Below are positions 38,867 through 48,426 of a stretch of 64,000 bases of DNA, in pieces; the stretch's first letter is position 1, and every line of letters begins with the position of its first letter. Source of the stretch: Syntrophales bacterium (lineage in GTDB: Bacteria; Desulfobacterota; Syntrophia; Syntrophales; UBA4778); the NCBI GenBank assembly GCA_028712885.1, contig JAQTPK010000002.1:20623-84622 (forward strand), given 5' to 3'. Position numbers and translations under genes: made by a program. The notes under the pieces are model-generated. The model ran no database searches, was not told the origin of the DNA, and saw only the letters and a list, made by a program, of their open reading frames with translations.

Positions 38867-41800
38867 TTAATTCACCCCTTTCTTCACGACGTTCACCATG
38901 AAGGCCTTGCTTTCGGGGATGTGGGTGTTCGGATCTCCCGCGCTGGGGGTCAGAAGGTTCGCCGAATCTCCGAAGGTGAATACTTCCGGCTTCTTGTCGT
39001 TCGGGCCGTACTTGCGCGTTGCGGTGGTCGCCCAGCCGAAATGCCAGGGCACCCCGACCATATGGATCAGATTTCCATCTATGTTGAACGGCTTGAGGCG
39101 GGGAGTTACGATCGCAACGGCGTCGACCTGACCACGCGCCGATTTCACGGTGACCATCTCCCCGCTTTTGAAACCCTTTTCCCTGGCCAGATCGGTCCCG
39201 ATCTCGACGAACATTCCGGGCTGCATTTCCGCCAGCCAGGGCAGCCATCTCGTCAGAACTCCCGTCTGCCAGTGCTCGCTTACCCGGTACGTGCTGCAGA
39301 TAAACGGGAACCTGGGGTCGCAGCTCGCAACCACGTCCAGTTCCGTTCCCACCCCGGGCTTGTCGAACCTCCTTATAACCGGGTTCACCTTCTGCGGCGA
39401 CAACAGGTTTTTCTCGATCGGGCATTCCAGCGGCTCATAATGCTCCGGGAAGGGACCGTCGGCCAGGCCGGGTCCGTACAGGCTGGCAACGCCGTCCGGC
39501 TTCATTATGAAAGGCGGTCTGCCCGAGCCGGGGTTGCCCACGCCGTCGGGAACGTCGCCCGTCCACTTAGCGCCGTTCCAGACAATGACGGGCCGCTTCT
39601 TGTCATAAGGCTTCCCTTCCGGGTCCACGGAAGCTCCGTTGTAAATGATCCTGCGGTTGACCGGCCAGGACCAAGCCCATTCGTGATAGCCGCCGATTCC
39701 TGAGGCGTCTTTAGTCCCGCGCCGTGCGGACATGTTGCCCGCATCCGTATAGGAAGCGCAGTAAATCCAGCAACCGGAGGAAGTGGATCCGTCGTCCTGC
39801 AGGAAAGCAAAGCTCGGAACGAGCTGTCCCTTTTTGAATTCCCGTTTCTCTTTCTTGACCGGGTCCTCAACGACTTTGTCCGTCAGGAAATATCCGTTAA
39901 CCTCCTTGGCAATGAGATGCGGATTAATGTGACCGTGGTCGAGATAATTCCAGGAGAGTTTTGTGATCGCCTCTTTCAGCGGTCCACCCTCTTTCTGGTA
40001 CAGATCCTTCACCTTCAGATATATATCGGAGAAGATATCGACGTCGGGTTTTGCCGCTCCGGGCGGTTCAACGGCCTTATAGCGCCACTGCATCCAGCGG
40101 CCGCTGTTGGAAATGCTCCCTTCCTTTTCCACCGAAGAGGCGCAGGGGAGCATGAACACTTCCGTTTTGATCTTGGTGGGGTCCATGCCGGGACCGCGCC
40201 AGAAGGAGCCTGTTTCGTTGTCGAACAGGTTGACGTTGACCATCCAGTCGAGTTTCGTCATCGCCTGGCGGACTTTATTGGAGTGGGCGCCGCTTGCGGC
40301 CGGATTCATGCCCCAGGCAAAAAACCCGGTGAACGCTCCCTTGTACATCTGGTCGAAGAGCACCAGCCAGGAATAGTTCGCGCCGTCGTCGATCTTCGGC
40401 ATGTAGTAGTACGCTTCCTCGAGCGAGGCGTTCATCCCGTACATCGACCTGAGGAAGCTGGCCGAATACTTCGGGAAATTCTTCCACCAGTTCAGGCTGT
40501 TCTTTTCCCTGGTAACCGGCGTCCTCTTATCGTTATATGCTTTCAGCGTCGGCATTGATCCCGTCGGCGTTCCGAGGTAGCCCGGCCATATATGGAAAAG
40601 AAGTCCATGATCGGTCGACCCCTGGACATTCGACTCTCCGCGAAGAGCCTGAACGCCGCCTCCCGCGACTCCCATGTTCCCAAGCAGGAGCTGCACGATG
40701 CTCATGGCGCGGATATTCTGAACGCCGACCGTATGCTGGGTCCAGCCCATCGCGTATAAAATGTTGCCCGCCTTGTCGGGAGCCGCCGTCTTCGCGTATT
40801 CCCTGTAAACCTCTTCAAGCTTTGCTTTGGGGGTTCCCGTAATCCGCGATACCAGGTCGACGTTGTATCGGGAATAATGTTTTTTCAGGAGCTGATAAAC
40901 GCTGTTGGGATCCTTGAGCGAGCGGTCTTTCCTGATGACCCCTGCCCCGTCCGTCTGGTAGGCCCAGGTAGACTTGTCGTACTTTCCTTCCGCAAATCCG
41001 GAGAAGAGGCCTTTGTTCTCTCCCGGATCCTTGAAGGCCGGATTAACCAGGAAGGAGGCATTCGTGTAATTGACCACGTAATCCCTGTGGATCAGGTCGT
41101 TGTCGAGAATATACTTGATCATGCCGCCGAGGAACGCGATATCCGTTCCCGAGCGGAGGGGCGCGTAAATGTGCGACTTCGCCGCGGATTGCGTAAACCG
41201 CGGATCCACGCAAATGAGCTTTGCCCCCTTATCAACCGCCTTCATGACCCACTTGAAGGAAATGGGATGATTGGAGGCGGGATTGCTTCCCATTATCAGG
41301 ATCACATCACTGTTCTGAAAATCGATCCAGTGATTCGTCATTGCGCCGCGTCCGAACGACTCTGCCAGAGCCGCAACAGTGGCGCTGTGTCAGATCCTGG
41401 CCTGGTGCTCTATATACACCAGGCCCAACCCCCTCAGGAATTTCTGATACGCAAAGCACTCTTCATTGTCCATGGCGGCGCTGCCGACGGAGGCGATACC
41501 ATCCGTGCGGTTCACGACCTCGCCTTTGGCGTTCTTGAACCGGAAGCTCTTGTCCCGGCTCGTCTTTATGTTGCGGGCGATCTTGTCCAAAACCCATTCC
41601 CATTCCTTCTCCTCCCACTGGGTACCATAAGGCGCGCGGTAAAGAGGTTTGTCCAGGCGGGCGGGATTAACGGCCATCTGGAAAATCGATCCGCCTTTGG
41701 AACAGAGAGAGCCGCGGCTGATGGGATGGTCCGGATCTCCTTCTGTATTCACTGCCTTTCCGTCGCGGGTGGATACGATAATTCCGCATCCGACCGAGCA

Positions 41801-41947
41801 GTAGGGGCAGATGGTAGTGGTTTCTTTTGTATATTTGATCTTCAGAGGCTGGGCATGAGCGGCGGCCGGCTTCAGCTGGAATCCGATTCCACCCGCCATA
41901 AATGCCGCGCCGGAGATCTTAAGAAAACCTCTCCTGCTGACATCCAT
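38867..41947 (-). CDS. fdnG: formate dehydrogenase alpha subunit, Tat-exported selenoprotein (copy 1); Sec at TGA 41390..41392
   Basis: Track ORFs 41390..41956 and 38867..41341 are in the same frame and joined by a single TGA. The junction reads ...LVYIEHQARI-U-HSATVAALAESFGRGAMTNHW, the conserved Sec position. Tat motif MDVSRRGFLK. ATG at 41947 has AGGAG 8 nt upstream. Confidence 0.9.
41362..41377 (-). promoter_or_regulatory. candidate SECIS apical hairpin for fdnG-1
   Basis: mRNA positions +16..+31 counted from the U of UGA read GUUGCGGCUCUGGCAG. This resembles the E. coli fdhF SECIS apex (recalled UUGCAGGUCUGCA) with U at +24. Confidence 0.45.
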
Positions 41948-42143
41948 ACAATGCACTCCTTTCTAAAAGGACTAATATCCCAATGATTTCCGGGGCGCAG
42001 GAACAGTTCTTAACCATCCATGGTCCCCTCTTCTGAAGGAATTATCCGGGGGAAAAGGTGATCACAGGACTTATGAGGCGGGATTTCTTAACTAAATTCC
42101 TGCGGCTTCCAAAGATTCCCAAACCATGCTCCAAGTCCGCGTG

Positions 42144-42172
42144 ATTCTATATATTTGCGGTTTCCGAGTCAA
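42144..42172 (-). promoter_or_regulatory. sigma70-type promoter of fdnGHI-1 (TTGACT-17-TAGAAT)
   Basis: -35 at 42172..42167 and -10 at 42149..42144. The spacer begins cGGAAACCG, shared with the fdn-2 promoter. Confidence 0.55.
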
Positions 42173-42207
42173 GGTCTTTTTTGAAGATTGTACAATCATT
42201 TCTGCTA

Positions 42208-42229
42208 CTTATGCCATTTATGACATAAG
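42208..42229. promoter_or_regulatory. 22-bp near-perfect palindrome CTTATGCCAT-TT-ATGACATAAG (core TATGCCA-N4-TGACATA)
   Basis: Arms match at 9 of 10 positions. It lies between the divergent ModE-like gene and the fdn-1 promoter. The same core recurs at 43844..43861. Confidence 0.5.
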
Positions 42230-42326
42230 TTTCCCGGAGAAGGCAGGGACCCGCCGCTTCTGCCCGCCCCAATAATCGTTGCGATCGGCGGCACGCTGTG
42301 ATAATAACGTATTTCCGGTTATTTAA

Positions 42327-42680
42327 ATGGAAATCAAACATAAACTCTGGATAGAGGAAAACGGTAAAGTCCTCTTCGGACACGGTCGGGATTCGCTGCT
42401 GAGGGCAATCGAGGAGCACAGCAGCCTTCAGGCGGCAGCGAAAATACTGAATATGTCCTACCGTGCGGCATGGGGAAAGATCAGGGCTTCCGAGGCCAGG
42501 CTGGGAGTTCCTCTCGTTGAGTGCGGCCGTGGAAAGGCGATGACGCTTACCAAGGAAGCCAGGCACCTGCTGGTGCAATTCGAGGAAATTGAAAAAGAAA
42601 TCGACTCCATTCTGGAAAAAGCAAACCGGAAACTCTCTTTTTTAACGGAGATAAGGTCCGTTCCCGGCAAACGGCAATGA
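42327..42680 (+). CDS. ModE N-terminal-like winged-helix regulator (no TOBE/Mop domains)
   Basis: 117 aa. LLRAIEEHSSLQAAAKILNMSYRAAWGKI matches the ModE/LysR-type HTH segment. Confidence 0.6.
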   Translation: MEIKHKLWIEENGKVLFGHGRDSLLRAIEEHSSLQAAAKILNMSYRAAWGKIRASEARLGVPLVECGRGKAMTLTKEARHLLVQFEEIEKEIDSILEKANRKLSFLTEIRSVPGKRQ

Positions 42681-42765
42681 GCCGCCCCGACGGATTCCGA
42701 TTATCTTTCCGCCCTCTCAGCTCCCGGCCGACCCCAATTTAACATTTGAACAGGAGTATATCTGA

Positions 42766-43626
42766 ATGAGCAGAATCAGTGAGATTGAAAATGCCATAAA
42801 TGACATAATCGAAAGAAGACCGCACAGCAAAGACGCCGTAACGGCGTTCAAGCCGGTATTGCTGGAAAAGACCCGGTGGAAAGAGAAATTGGAGCCTGTT
42901 TCACCGGTGACAGACGTCGAGCAACTAAAGAAAGGAATCCCGGTGATCAGGCAGACAAAACTGTTTCTCCCCGGCGATCCATGGCAGGAGATTATTCTCT
43001 CCTTGAGCAGCGCTGCGGGGGACGGTTTTCCTGAATTTCGGAAGGATTTCGATACAATTAAAAGCAGCATCCGGAAATCGCCGCTGCCGGTGCACGATTT
43101 CCTCGGAAAGTTCCCGGAATCAGACGAGGAATTTATTTCGGAGTGGTCCCGTAAAATGGGAATTCGTCCCGATGCCCTCAGCTTTGTACTCTTTACCGCA
43201 ATCAGAACCGTTCTCGAAAAAAGGGGCGAAGAATACCGGGACCATATCAAAGCTGCCGACTGGGATGAAGGATATTGTCCGGTCTGCGGATCTTTTCCCT
43301 CGCTCGCTATAATTCAGGAAAAAACAGGCCGGAGAAAACTTAATTGTTCAAATTGCGCATTCGAATGGGATTTCAGCCGTGTGGATTGTCCATACTGCGG
43401 CGATCACGCCCCGGAAGGAATGGATTTCTTTTTCATCGACGGGAATCAGCAGGAATCCGCTTATGTATGCCACAAGTGCAAGCGCTACATAATTACGCTC
43501 AACCAGGTAAGCGATCTTACCCCTCAGGACCGGGAGGCTTCCTCCATCAGCCTCGCCCACATGGACATGATCATGCAGGACAAGGGTTTTGCTCCAATGG
43601 CCTTCTGCGCCTGGAATGTTTTTTAA
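42766..43626 (+). CDS. fdhE: formate dehydrogenase accessory protein FdhE
   Basis: Paired CxxC motifs (CPVCGS, CSNCAFEW, CPYCGD, CHKCKRY) with the spacing typical of the FdhE rubredoxin-like domain. Confidence 0.85.
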   Translation: MSRISEIENAINDIIERRPHSKDAVTAFKPVLLEKTRWKEKLEPVSPVTDVEQLKKGIPVIRQTKLFLPGDPWQEIILSLSSAAGDGFPEFRKDFDTIKSSIRKSPLPVHDFLGKFPESDEEFISEWSRKMGIRPDALSFVLFTAIRTVLEKRGEEYRDHIKAADWDEGYCPVCGSFPSLAIIQEKTGRRKLNCSNCAFEWDFSRVDCPYCGDHAPEGMDFFFIDGNQQESAYVCHKCKRYIITLNQVSDLTPQDREASSISLAHMDMIMQDKGFAPMAFCAWNVF

Positions 43627-43640
43627 ACGTGAATTGGATT

Positions 43641-43716
43641 CCCAGTTCCCGGTTCACATTTCTCAGTTCTTAAGAAAACCGCCGTCTGACCGGGAACGGT
43701 GAACTGTGAACTTACA
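43641..43716. repeat. inverted pair of 7-bp-period arrays forming a hairpin after fdhE
   Basis: Left: cccagtt cccggtt cacattt ctcagtt. Right: accggga acggtga actgtga acttaca. GTTCCCGGT (43645..53) pairs with ACCGGGAAC (43689..97). Confidence 0.75.
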
Positions 43717-43816
43717 AGGAGCGCCGTCCGGAACCCGGCCCCGCCCGCCTTGGTTTTTCAATATGTTTTTTTTACTATAACTCCCCTTTTTTAAAGAGCT
43801 TATGCTTAATTTTTGC

Positions 43817-43845
43817 TTGACTGGAAACCGGAAAGGACGTAGATA
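43817..43845 (+). promoter_or_regulatory. sigma70-type promoter of fdnGHI-2/fdhA-3 operon (TTGACT-17-TAGATA)
   Basis: -35 at 43817..43822 and -10 at 43840..43845. The spacer begins GGAAACCG as in fdn-1. Confidence 0.55.
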
Positions 43846-43877
43846 TGCCACGTTTGACATAGCGCATGTTTGGCATA
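43844..43877. promoter_or_regulatory. operator-like sites: TATGCCA-CGTT-TGACATA plus a downstream TGGCATA half-site
   Basis: The core at 43844..43861 overlaps the -10 and predicted start. TTTGGCATA at 43869..43877 is the reverse complement of the TATGCCA half. Confidence 0.5.
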
Positions 43878-43893
43878 GTATGAGGAGGCTCCT

Positions 43894-46800
43894 ATGGAAA
43901 TAACCAGGCGAGGTTTTTTGACGATGTCCGGCGCCATCGGATCGGGAATAGCCCTGTCTTCTCTGGGTATAAACCTGAAACCGACGAGGGCCTACGCGGA
44001 TGAACTTAACAAGGCAAATAAAATAAAATCCGCAAAGCAGGTCTCAACCGTATGCTGCTACTGTTCCGTCGGATGCGGCTTGATCTGCAGCGTGGATAAA
44101 ATGACGGGAAAGATCTTCAATATCGAAGGTGACGCCGATCACCCGATCAATGAAGGCTCGCTCTGCGCCAAGGGTGCGGGATTCTTCGACCTGACGGAGG
44201 CGAACAAGTACCGCCTGAAGAAAGTGCAGTACCGCGCCCCCATGAGCGACAAGTGGGAGGAAAAGGATTGGGATTGGGCTGTCAACAGAATCGCCCGGCT
44301 GGTGAAAGACACGCGGGACAAGGGCTTCGTCATGCAGAACAGCAAGGGCGAGCTCGTCAACCGCTGTGAGAGCATCGGTCACCTTGGGAGCTCCAATGTA
44401 GACAATGAAGAATGCTGGCTGATGAGTGTGAAAGCGAGGGCCCTGGGTCTGGTCTATATAGACCACCAGGCCCGGGTCTGACACAGCCCCTCTGTAGCGG
44501 CTCTGGGAGAGTCGTTCGGACGCGGTTCGATGACGAACCATTATATAGATCTGAAGAACAGCGACGTCATCCTGATCATGGGAAGCAACGCCGCTGAGCA
44601 CCACCCCATCGCCTTCAAATGGATCCTGAGGGCGAAAGAGCAGAACGGGGCCCGGCTGATCCACGTGGACCCCCGGTACACCAGGACATCCGCCCGTTGC
44701 GATTACCATGTGCCCCTTCGTTCCGGAACGGACATCGCCTTCCTGGGCGGCATGATCAACTACATCCTGGAAAACAATAAGTACTTTAAAGATTACGTGT
44801 TGAACTACACCAACGCGTCCTTTATTGTCGGGAAGGACTTCTACTTCAAGGACGGCCTTTTCTCCGGATATAATCCGGCCAAACGGAAGTACAGCAAGGA
44901 TACCTGGGTGCTGGAAAAAGACGGCAGGGGAATACCGAAGCGCGACATGACCCTGAGCAACCCCCGGTGCGTTTTCCAGATGCTGAAAAAGCACTTTTCC
45001 CGCTACACGCTGGACAAGGTCTCCAGCATAACGGGGGTCTCCAAGGAAGACCTGACGAAGGTATACGCGGAGTACAGCGCGACAGGCGTCAAGGACAAGG
45101 CGGGGACCGAATGTTACGCTCTCGGCTGGACGCACCACACGACAGGAAGCCAGATTATCCGGACCATGGCTATCATACAGCTCCTGCTGGGAAATATGGG
45201 AATCGCCGGCGGTGGTGTGAACGCGCTGCGGGGAGAACCGAACGTCCAGGGGTCGACCGACCACTGCATCCTTTACGGAAATCTGCCCGGATACCTGAAG
45301 ATGCCCGTTGCTTCCCTGGATACGCTGGAAAAGTACCTGAAAAAATGTACGCCCGTATCGAATGACCCGCAATCGGCCAATTACTACCAGAACTATCCGA
45401 AGTTCTTTGTCAGCTTCCTGAAATCAATGTTCGGCGACAAGGCGACTAAGGAAAACGGATTCGGATATTCCTGGCTGCCTAAGATGGACGACGGCGCCGC
45501 CTATTCGCTGATGCACCTCTTTGAGAAAATGTATGAAGGCAGGGTCAAGGGGCTCTTCGCCGTCGGAACGGACCCGGCCGTCAGCTCGCCCAATACGGCC
45601 AAGGTGCGCAAGGCTCTCGAGAAGCTCGACTGGCTTGTCGGCGAGAACATCTTCGACAACGAGACATACTGTTTCTGGAAGGGTCCCGGCGTGGATCCGA
45701 AACAGGTCAAGACCGAGGTATTTCTCCTTCCGGCTTCCGCCTCCATGGAAAAGGAGGGCAGCCAGAGCAACAGCGGCCGCTGGGTCCAGTGGAAATACAA
45801 GGCGGCCGATGCCCCCGGCGATGCAATACCGGTAGGGGAGATAACGATAAAAATCATGCAGGCCGTCAAGGAACTCTATGCCAAAGAAGGCGGCGTGCAG
45901 CCTGCGCCCATTCTCAATCTCAAGTGGGACTACACGGATGCCAAGGGAAGGTTCGATGTTCTGAAGGTTTCAAAGCAGATCAACGGCCACTTCCTTAAGG
46001 ATACCGTGATCGAGGACAAAGACAAGAAAACCAGGACTGAATTCAAGAAAGGCCAGCTTGTGCCGACATTCGGCATGCTCCATGCGGACGGCTCGACATC
46101 CGGCGGCAACTGGATCATGGCCGGAAGCTTCAGCGCGACCGGAGAGAACAAGATGACCAGGCGCGGCAAGGACGACCCCACGGGGCTCGGACTTTATCCC
46201 AACTGGTCGTATGCCTGGCCAGTCAACAGGAGAATTATCTATAACCGCGCTTCGTGCGATATCCACGGCAAGCCGTACAATCCGAAACGGAAGCTCCTGG
46301 AGTGGACCGGCGACAAGTGGGTCGGCGACGTTCCGGACGGACCCTGGCCGCCCATGGCGGACAGGGCCAAAGGCAAATATCCGTTCATCATGAAACAGGA
46401 CGGGCTCGGCGCGCTCTTCGGGCCGGGCATGACGGAAGGCCCCTTCCCGGAGCATTATGAGCCGCTGGAAGGCCCCCTGGCGAAGAATCCCCTCTCCAGC
46501 CAGCTGATCAATCCGGCTGTCGAGATCTTCAAGAACGACATGAACAAAGTGGCAAGTGCCGACGAGAAATTCCCCTATGTCTGCACCACTTATTCCTGCA
46601 CGGAGCACTGGTGCTCCGGAGCCCTTACCAGATGGCAGCTCTGGCTCCTTGAAATGCAGCCGGAACTGTACGTGGAGATCGGAGACAAGCTTGCGCAGGA
46701 GAAAGGGATCAGAAACGGCGAGAAGGTGAAGGTTCAGTCCGCCCGCGGCGAAGTGGAATGCGTGGCCATGGTGACCAAGCGCTTCCGGCCATTCACGATA

Positions 46801-46962
46801 GAGGGCAAGACCGTTCATCAGGTCGGGCTCCCCTTCAATTACGGCTGGCTCTTTCCCAAAGACGGAGGAGACAGCACGAATTTCCTCACGCCCACGGTGG
46901 GAGACGCAAACACCTTCTGCCCGGAGTACAAGGCCTTCATGGTCAATGTGAAGAAGGCATAG
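43894..46962 (+). CDS. fdnG: formate dehydrogenase alpha subunit, Tat-exported selenoprotein (copy 2); Sec at TGA 44479..44481
   Basis: ORFs 43894..44481 and 44530..46962 share one frame. The junction reads ...LVYIDHQARV-U-HSPSVAALGESFGRGSMTNHY. Tat motif MEITRRGFL, with GAGGAGG upstream. Confidence 0.9.
44494..44509 (+). promoter_or_regulatory. candidate SECIS apical region for fdnG-2
   Basis: +16..+31 reads GUAGCGGCUCUGGGAG, with the same GCGGCUCUGG apex as copy 1. The lower stem is less regular. Confidence 0.35.
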
Positions 46963-46966
46963 GAGA

Positions 46967-47770
46967 ATGGACATGAAAGCCGAAATCGTAAAATTGATAG
47001 ATACGACGAAATGCACGGCGTGCCGGGGCTGCCAGGTCGCCTGTAAGCAGTGGAATGAGATGCCGGCGATGCGGACCCGCAACCGGGGAAGCTACCAGAA
47101 CCCTCCGGACCTGCAGTGGAACACCTGGACCCTGATCCGGTTTCAGGAATACGTGGACGACAAGGGCGCCTTTAAATGGCTGTTCCGCAAGGACGGCTGT
47201 ATGCATTGCACCGACGCGGCCTGCGTCAAAGTGTGTCCGAGCGGGGCCCTGCACTATTCGGAGTACGGCACCGTCGGATTGAAATCATCGCTCTGCATCG
47301 GGTGCAAGGAATGCGCGTCTGCCTGCCCCTTCGATGTTCCCAAGTACAGCCATGCCGACGATAAGATATTCAAATGCGATTTATGCCTCTCCCGGATCCG
47401 GACGAACCAGTCGCCGGCCTGTGTCAAGTCGTGTCCTACCGGGGCGTTGACTATCGGCCCCAAGGACAAGATGCTCAAAAAGGCTTATGCAAGGGCAAAA
47501 GAGCTCGGCGGCGACGCCAATGTCTATGGGGACAAGTTCGTTGGCGGAACGCACGTAATCTACGTGCTGAGTGAAAAGCCGGAAGTTTATGAGGAACTCC
47601 CGAAAAATCCCGCCGTGCCGGCTTCGATCGTCCTGTGGAAAGATATTTTGAAGCCTTTCAGCCTTCTTGTCGCGGGCGGAACAATCGCCGGGGCATTCCT
47701 GCACTATATTACGCATGGACCCAAATTGCCCGATGAAAACGGCCATGACGCTGAAGGGAAGGGGGAGTAA
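46967..47770 (+). CDS. fdnH: formate dehydrogenase beta subunit (copy 2)
   Basis: Same four Cys clusters and C-terminal TM helix as copy 1. Confidence 0.9.
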   Translation: MDMKAEIVKLIDTTKCTACRGCQVACKQWNEMPAMRTRNRGSYQNPPDLQWNTWTLIRFQEYVDDKGAFKWLFRKDGCMHCTDAACVKVCPSGALHYSEYGTVGLKSSLCIGCKECASACPFDVPKYSHADDKIFKCDLCLSRIRTNQSPACVKSCPTGALTIGPKDKMLKKAYARAKELGGDANVYGDKFVGGTHVIYVLSEKPEVYEELPKNPAVPASIVLWKDILKPFSLLVAGGTIAGAFLHYITHGPKLPDENGHDAEGKGE

Positions 47771-47772
47771 CC

Positions 47773-48426
47773 ATGCGAAAGGATATGATTCAAGCCACGG
47801 ATGCATTTGAGAGAGTGGTCCATTGGAGCCTGGCCGTGTCGTGCATCGTTCTGTTCGTGTCCGGCCTGGGAATGATGTTCAAATCGTTTAATTTTATCGG
47901 TACCATGGTAGGCGGGCTGCGGATTCTCAAGTACGTGCATAATTTTACGGGGATCTTCTTCATTGTGTCCCTCGTCTTATCGATCCGCATGTGGTGGAAA
48001 GAGGCGGGGACATTTGAAATGCCCGGTGATCTGGAGTGGATGAAAGCTGCGGGCGGATACCTGTGGCACGTCGATAACGTCCCCGAAGTCGGAAAATACA
48101 ATCCCGGACAGAAAGCCTTTTTCCTTGCCGTGGCCGTTTTCGGAGCGGCAATGGGAGTGTCCGGTCTCGTCATGTGGTTCTCGACCGGTTTCCCGGCCTT
48201 CGCCGTCAGGTGGATGTACGTCCTCCACGCGCTCGGATTCCTTGTCCTGTTTGCCTTCTTCTTTGTCCATCTCTATCTCGGCACAATCGGCTCCCCGGGG
48301 TCCCTTCCCGCGATGACGACGGGCCGGGTGACCAGGGCCTGGGCGAAGAAACAGCACCCCAAGTGGCTGCGGGAGATGGATGAGTCGGCAAAAGCCGACG
48401 TCCACGCTGGAGGAGGCCATGGCTGA
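47773..48426 (+). CDS. fdnI: formate dehydrogenase gamma subunit, cytochrome b (copy 2)
   Basis: Shares long identical runs with copy 1: ATDAFERVVHWSLA, DLEWMKAAGGYLWHVDN, PEVGKYNPGQKAFFLAVAVFGA and VTRAWAKKQHPKWLRE. Confidence 0.85.
   Translation: MRKDMIQATDAFERVVHWSLAVSCIVLFVSGLGMMFKSFNFIGTMVGGLRILKYVHNFTGIFFIVSLVLSIRMWWKEAGTFEMPGDLEWMKAAGGYLWHVDNVPEVGKYNPGQKAFFLAVAVFGAAMGVSGLVMWFSTGFPAFAVRWMYVLHALGFLVLFAFFFVHLYLGTIGSPGSLPAMTTGRVTRAWAKKQHPKWLREMDESAKADVHAGGGHG

Noticed and set aside
37676-39703. 675-aa plus-strand ORF, together with the 442-aa minus ORF at 44044..45372 and the 370-aa minus ORF at 45970..47082
   Set aside because: All are antisense to well-supported fdn genes with arginine-rich nonsense composition, so they are shadow ORFs.
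41341-41392. The fdnG and fdhA halves could be read as pseudogene fragments interrupted by stop codons. The same applies at 44479..44530 and 49472..49523.
   Set aside because: There is a single TGA at the canonical Sec position. The frame and homology continue across it, a SECIS-like hairpin follows, and selA is nearby. They are selenoproteins.
42147-42578. 143-aa minus-strand ORF overlapping the ModE-like gene and the fdn-1 promoter region
   Set aside because: It is antisense to a recognisable HTH protein and spans promoter and operator DNA. It shows no family resemblance.
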